Source: Amoebidium appalachense
Taxonomy: Eukaryota > Protista > Ichthyosporea
Assembly (NCBI GenBank): GCA_963693365.1
Contig: CAVNZM010000004.1
Location: 10,754,468 to 10,818,467, forward strand
Direction: 5' to 3'
DNA: 64,000 bases
Part shown: positions 61,143 to 64,000 of the stretch, in pieces
How positions within the stretch are numbered: the stretch's first letter is position 1
Layout of the letters: each line of letters starts with the position of its first letter
Notes under the pieces: generated by a model
Told to the model about the DNA's origin: nothing
Seen by the model: the letters and a program-made list of their open reading frames with translations, nothing else
Database searches by the model: none
Position numbers and translations under genes: made by a program

Positions 61143-61758
61143 GGTGGTGGTGGTGGTGGTGGGGGGGGGGGGGGGGGGGGGGGGAGGTTTCCAAAGACGT
61201 GTGCATGCGTATGTTTATGTGTGGGGGGGGAGCAAAATACAGATCGCTGTGTGTATACATTCAGACACGCGTGCATGCATGTAACTCACAATCACACTCA
61301 CGTGCATGCATGCACACAGAGGCGCACACATGCAGGTATACACACACAGACACGCACACATGGCTGTATCACACAGAGCCACACACATGCATGTATACAT
61401 ACAGAGCGTGTCAGACACGCGCAGAGCCCTGCACTCTTTTTTCCGTTTGTTTGGCTATCTTGTTTTTTGTCCTTGCTACAACCAAAAGAACCACCTTGCT
61501 CTGAGAAATGCTTACTTGGTGTTTGGGAGGCATGTTCGAAATTTTTTTTCCCCCTTCCCCCTCCTTTTTTTGCACGTCTCCTGTAATTTGACACTCCATT
61601 AGTGTAACAGACGTGCTCATTCTAGCCTATCCCCCCCCCCCCCCCCCCCCCCCCCCCCGGCTTCCATATGTGCAGAAATTCTGACCAGCAACACGGGTGG
61701 AGCCATGGGTGGGTTTACGGCCGGGTTTATCGCCGGTGCGCGCAAGGGCTGGAGGTAA
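57542..61758 (+). CDS. FUN14: FUN14-domain (FUNDC1-like) mitochondrial membrane protein, 165 aa, with an EF-hand-like loop
   Basis: Phase-consistent exons 57542-57653, 58524-58613, 59287-59312, 59946-59999, 60776-60908, 61676-61758. Translation includes VSFGAITGFCSGYTTAKLGKGAALIFGGVFMTFQAAAWNGYVVVNWDKVEKD and GGFTAGFIAG, the FUN14 signature. Confidence 0.92.
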
Positions 61759-64000
61759 CACAGCACCTCTACTTATAGCAGCAAGACACCACATTTACAC
61801 ACAGGCGTAAACAGGCCGGTCATACTATCGTTGTCTGTGGTACATATGTGAAGCAACCTCGACCAACTTCAACTAAAGTGATGCTTTGCAAACCATCTCA
61901 AATCATGGACTTTGCAAAGTCACTTGTGTGTACACGTGCTTGTGTGTATATGTGTACGTGTGTGTGGATGCTTGCGTGCCAGGCGCCTGTTAACATTCTA
62001 CACACACAAAAATCTATACATTCACTGCAACTAATGTAAGTACACATGGTGCCCTGCAAATAAATTGGGTGGTGTGTGTCTGAAAATACACCACAGCCCA
62101 TTCAAACCCTTTTGTTGCCGCCACCGGCCGAGAAACCCACGCATATATTTCACCACGAGCACAGTCAAACGAAATCATATGTAGAGCTGTTGTGGCGTCA
62201 TAGGGGACTTTGTGTGGCGTCATTGGGACTCTGCGTTTACTCGACATACCCTTTTTCATCAAATTTTGATTTGTAGCACTGTGTAGTGCATGTACATGCA
62301 TGTATGGTGCATCTGCCGGGACACCCACACATGTTTCACCATGAGCACATGTCAGACCAACCCACTTACAAAAAAACAATTGACAGGTTTGCGTCATGGG
62401 AATGGGCATTGCTCGATACACGTCCTTATGATCATTTGAATTTCACTAGCTGGACCAGTGCACTGTAGAGCATGATGATTTGACTTGTTAGCCTTGCATG
62501 CATGGCGTGACGCGCATATGGTTAACAAGATACAAGGCACGCCACCTTCCGGCACTCTATTGCTGGTAAGTGCACGCCGATTAATGATGGTTCCACTGAA
62601 CTTGACACGACATGCACGTCTCACCGACAAGAGCTCTCCACGTTTACTCGAGAACCTCCCGTGACCTCCTTAACTAGTTTGCAGCAGCGAAGCAGTGCCA
62701 AACTTTGCTCTCATATATATGCACAGTCACTGACTCGCACTTTGCGTAAGTAACCTCAAGTGCACCCATTTAAGCTTTCACGAACACCACCGCGTTCCGG
62801 CCAATTAATAACAACACCTATACCATCACAAATGCATGCTGAAGTGACAGTGCAAACTCCCGATGACATCTCACACTGACGGTGTACATGTAACCTTCCG
62901 TTGGATTCTTTGTTGCCAGTGGCACCGAACAACCGTTCTCATCATGACCAGAACTTCACCCACGGCTACTGTATTGCTTTGCCCACTCAGCAAGAAGGTT
63001 CATATGGCCTCGTCGAACTATTGTAAGTTGTATGATCCTATTCACATCAAACCATGTGCTACACAAGACCTCTGGCTCAGTCATCCCACCCAGTACAAAC
63101 ATGCTTACTTTACACAAACACATAAGTGACACGTACCCACGTTTTTCACCACTTGTTCTAACAAGAGCACGTTGTACATAGCTTGCAGTGGAGTTGGCAC
63201 ACAGAGGTAGTACTGAGTTCGAGCTGCTTTATATTTGGCGGCTACATCCTGCCAGCAACCAGGCTGCGAACTCGTTGGGTTCTTTGCCATTCGGTCCCAT
63301 GGACCATTCATAAAACTTATACAAATAACAAACTTGCAGTCCCAGCAGAACCAACAAGACTTTGTACATTCTAACTTATTAGGCCGTACTACCTATACCA
63401 GAGCTCAGGAAGGTAGGTAGAATTATATGTCAACTTCAGGGTTTTAAGATAATGTCACACGCGCCGGCCTCAGACCATACCTGGTGTAGGCAAACAGGGC
63501 GGTGAAGAAGGGTACAGAAAAGCCTCAAGCTGCGTCCATATGCATTCAAACTTTATACTAACTACAACGTAAAAACTCTGGTAGGACTAAAACTATACAC
63601 GTCTACAGTTGCTCTTTGTACATAAACACGAACTATTAAATAGACAACTTGCAGTAACTTCGGCAGCACGGGCTTAGGCAAAGTTGACCCCAGGAAGTTT
63701 CTTGTAGACCACTCAACACCGCTGAGTGGTTTGAGCTGGAAGTTGGCCACTAGGGAAAGTGCCGCTTCAAACAGGTAGACGTTCGCTGCAAAACAAAGGA
63801 AAAAGCCATGATGCTTAGTTCGGAGTCGATCGTCGAAATGCGTCAGTGCATGTAGGGGTGGGCCAACTTGGGACGAGATATGGACGCAATAACCTCACAC
63901 CTTGGCAGGGGGATGTTACGAAGGAAGTCACCTGCATAACGGTTGCGGGGCAACCAAACAATTTCGGCAAAGCATTCTCCGTCCTCCTTTGATGCGTGTC

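Overview
Intron-rich eukaryotic genomic DNA full of poly-G/poly-C runs and (GT/CA)n microsatellites; almost every entry in the ORF track is a low-complexity artefact. I rebuilt genes by hand from GT-AG exons and checked reading-frame phase. (1) A minus-strand proteinase K-type S8 subtilase (1-4042) with two frameshifts and no visible first exon, probably a pseudogene; upstream of it are a 30-bp minisatellite, a ~300-bp-unit satellite and a Ty1/copia relic. (2) A minus-strand class C (7tm_3)-like GPCR (14157-19573) with a tandem partial duplicate of its last 1.5 exons (10416-12544). (3) A 5'-truncated non-LTR retrotransposon (21296-23073). (4) The highlight: a 20-exon, ~681-aa single-pass receptor (26133-45603, +) with signal peptide, TSP1 repeat, hexapeptide left-handed beta-helix, TM, SAM domain and a kinase-less tail carrying five YxN motifs. 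(5) An uncharacterised two-TM membrane protein (48346-56832, -). (6) A FUN14/FUNDC gene with an EF-hand-like loop (57542-61758, +). The domain content suggests a holozoan, possibly unicellular; that is inference only. Homopolymer lengths may contain assembly errors, and no database searches were run.
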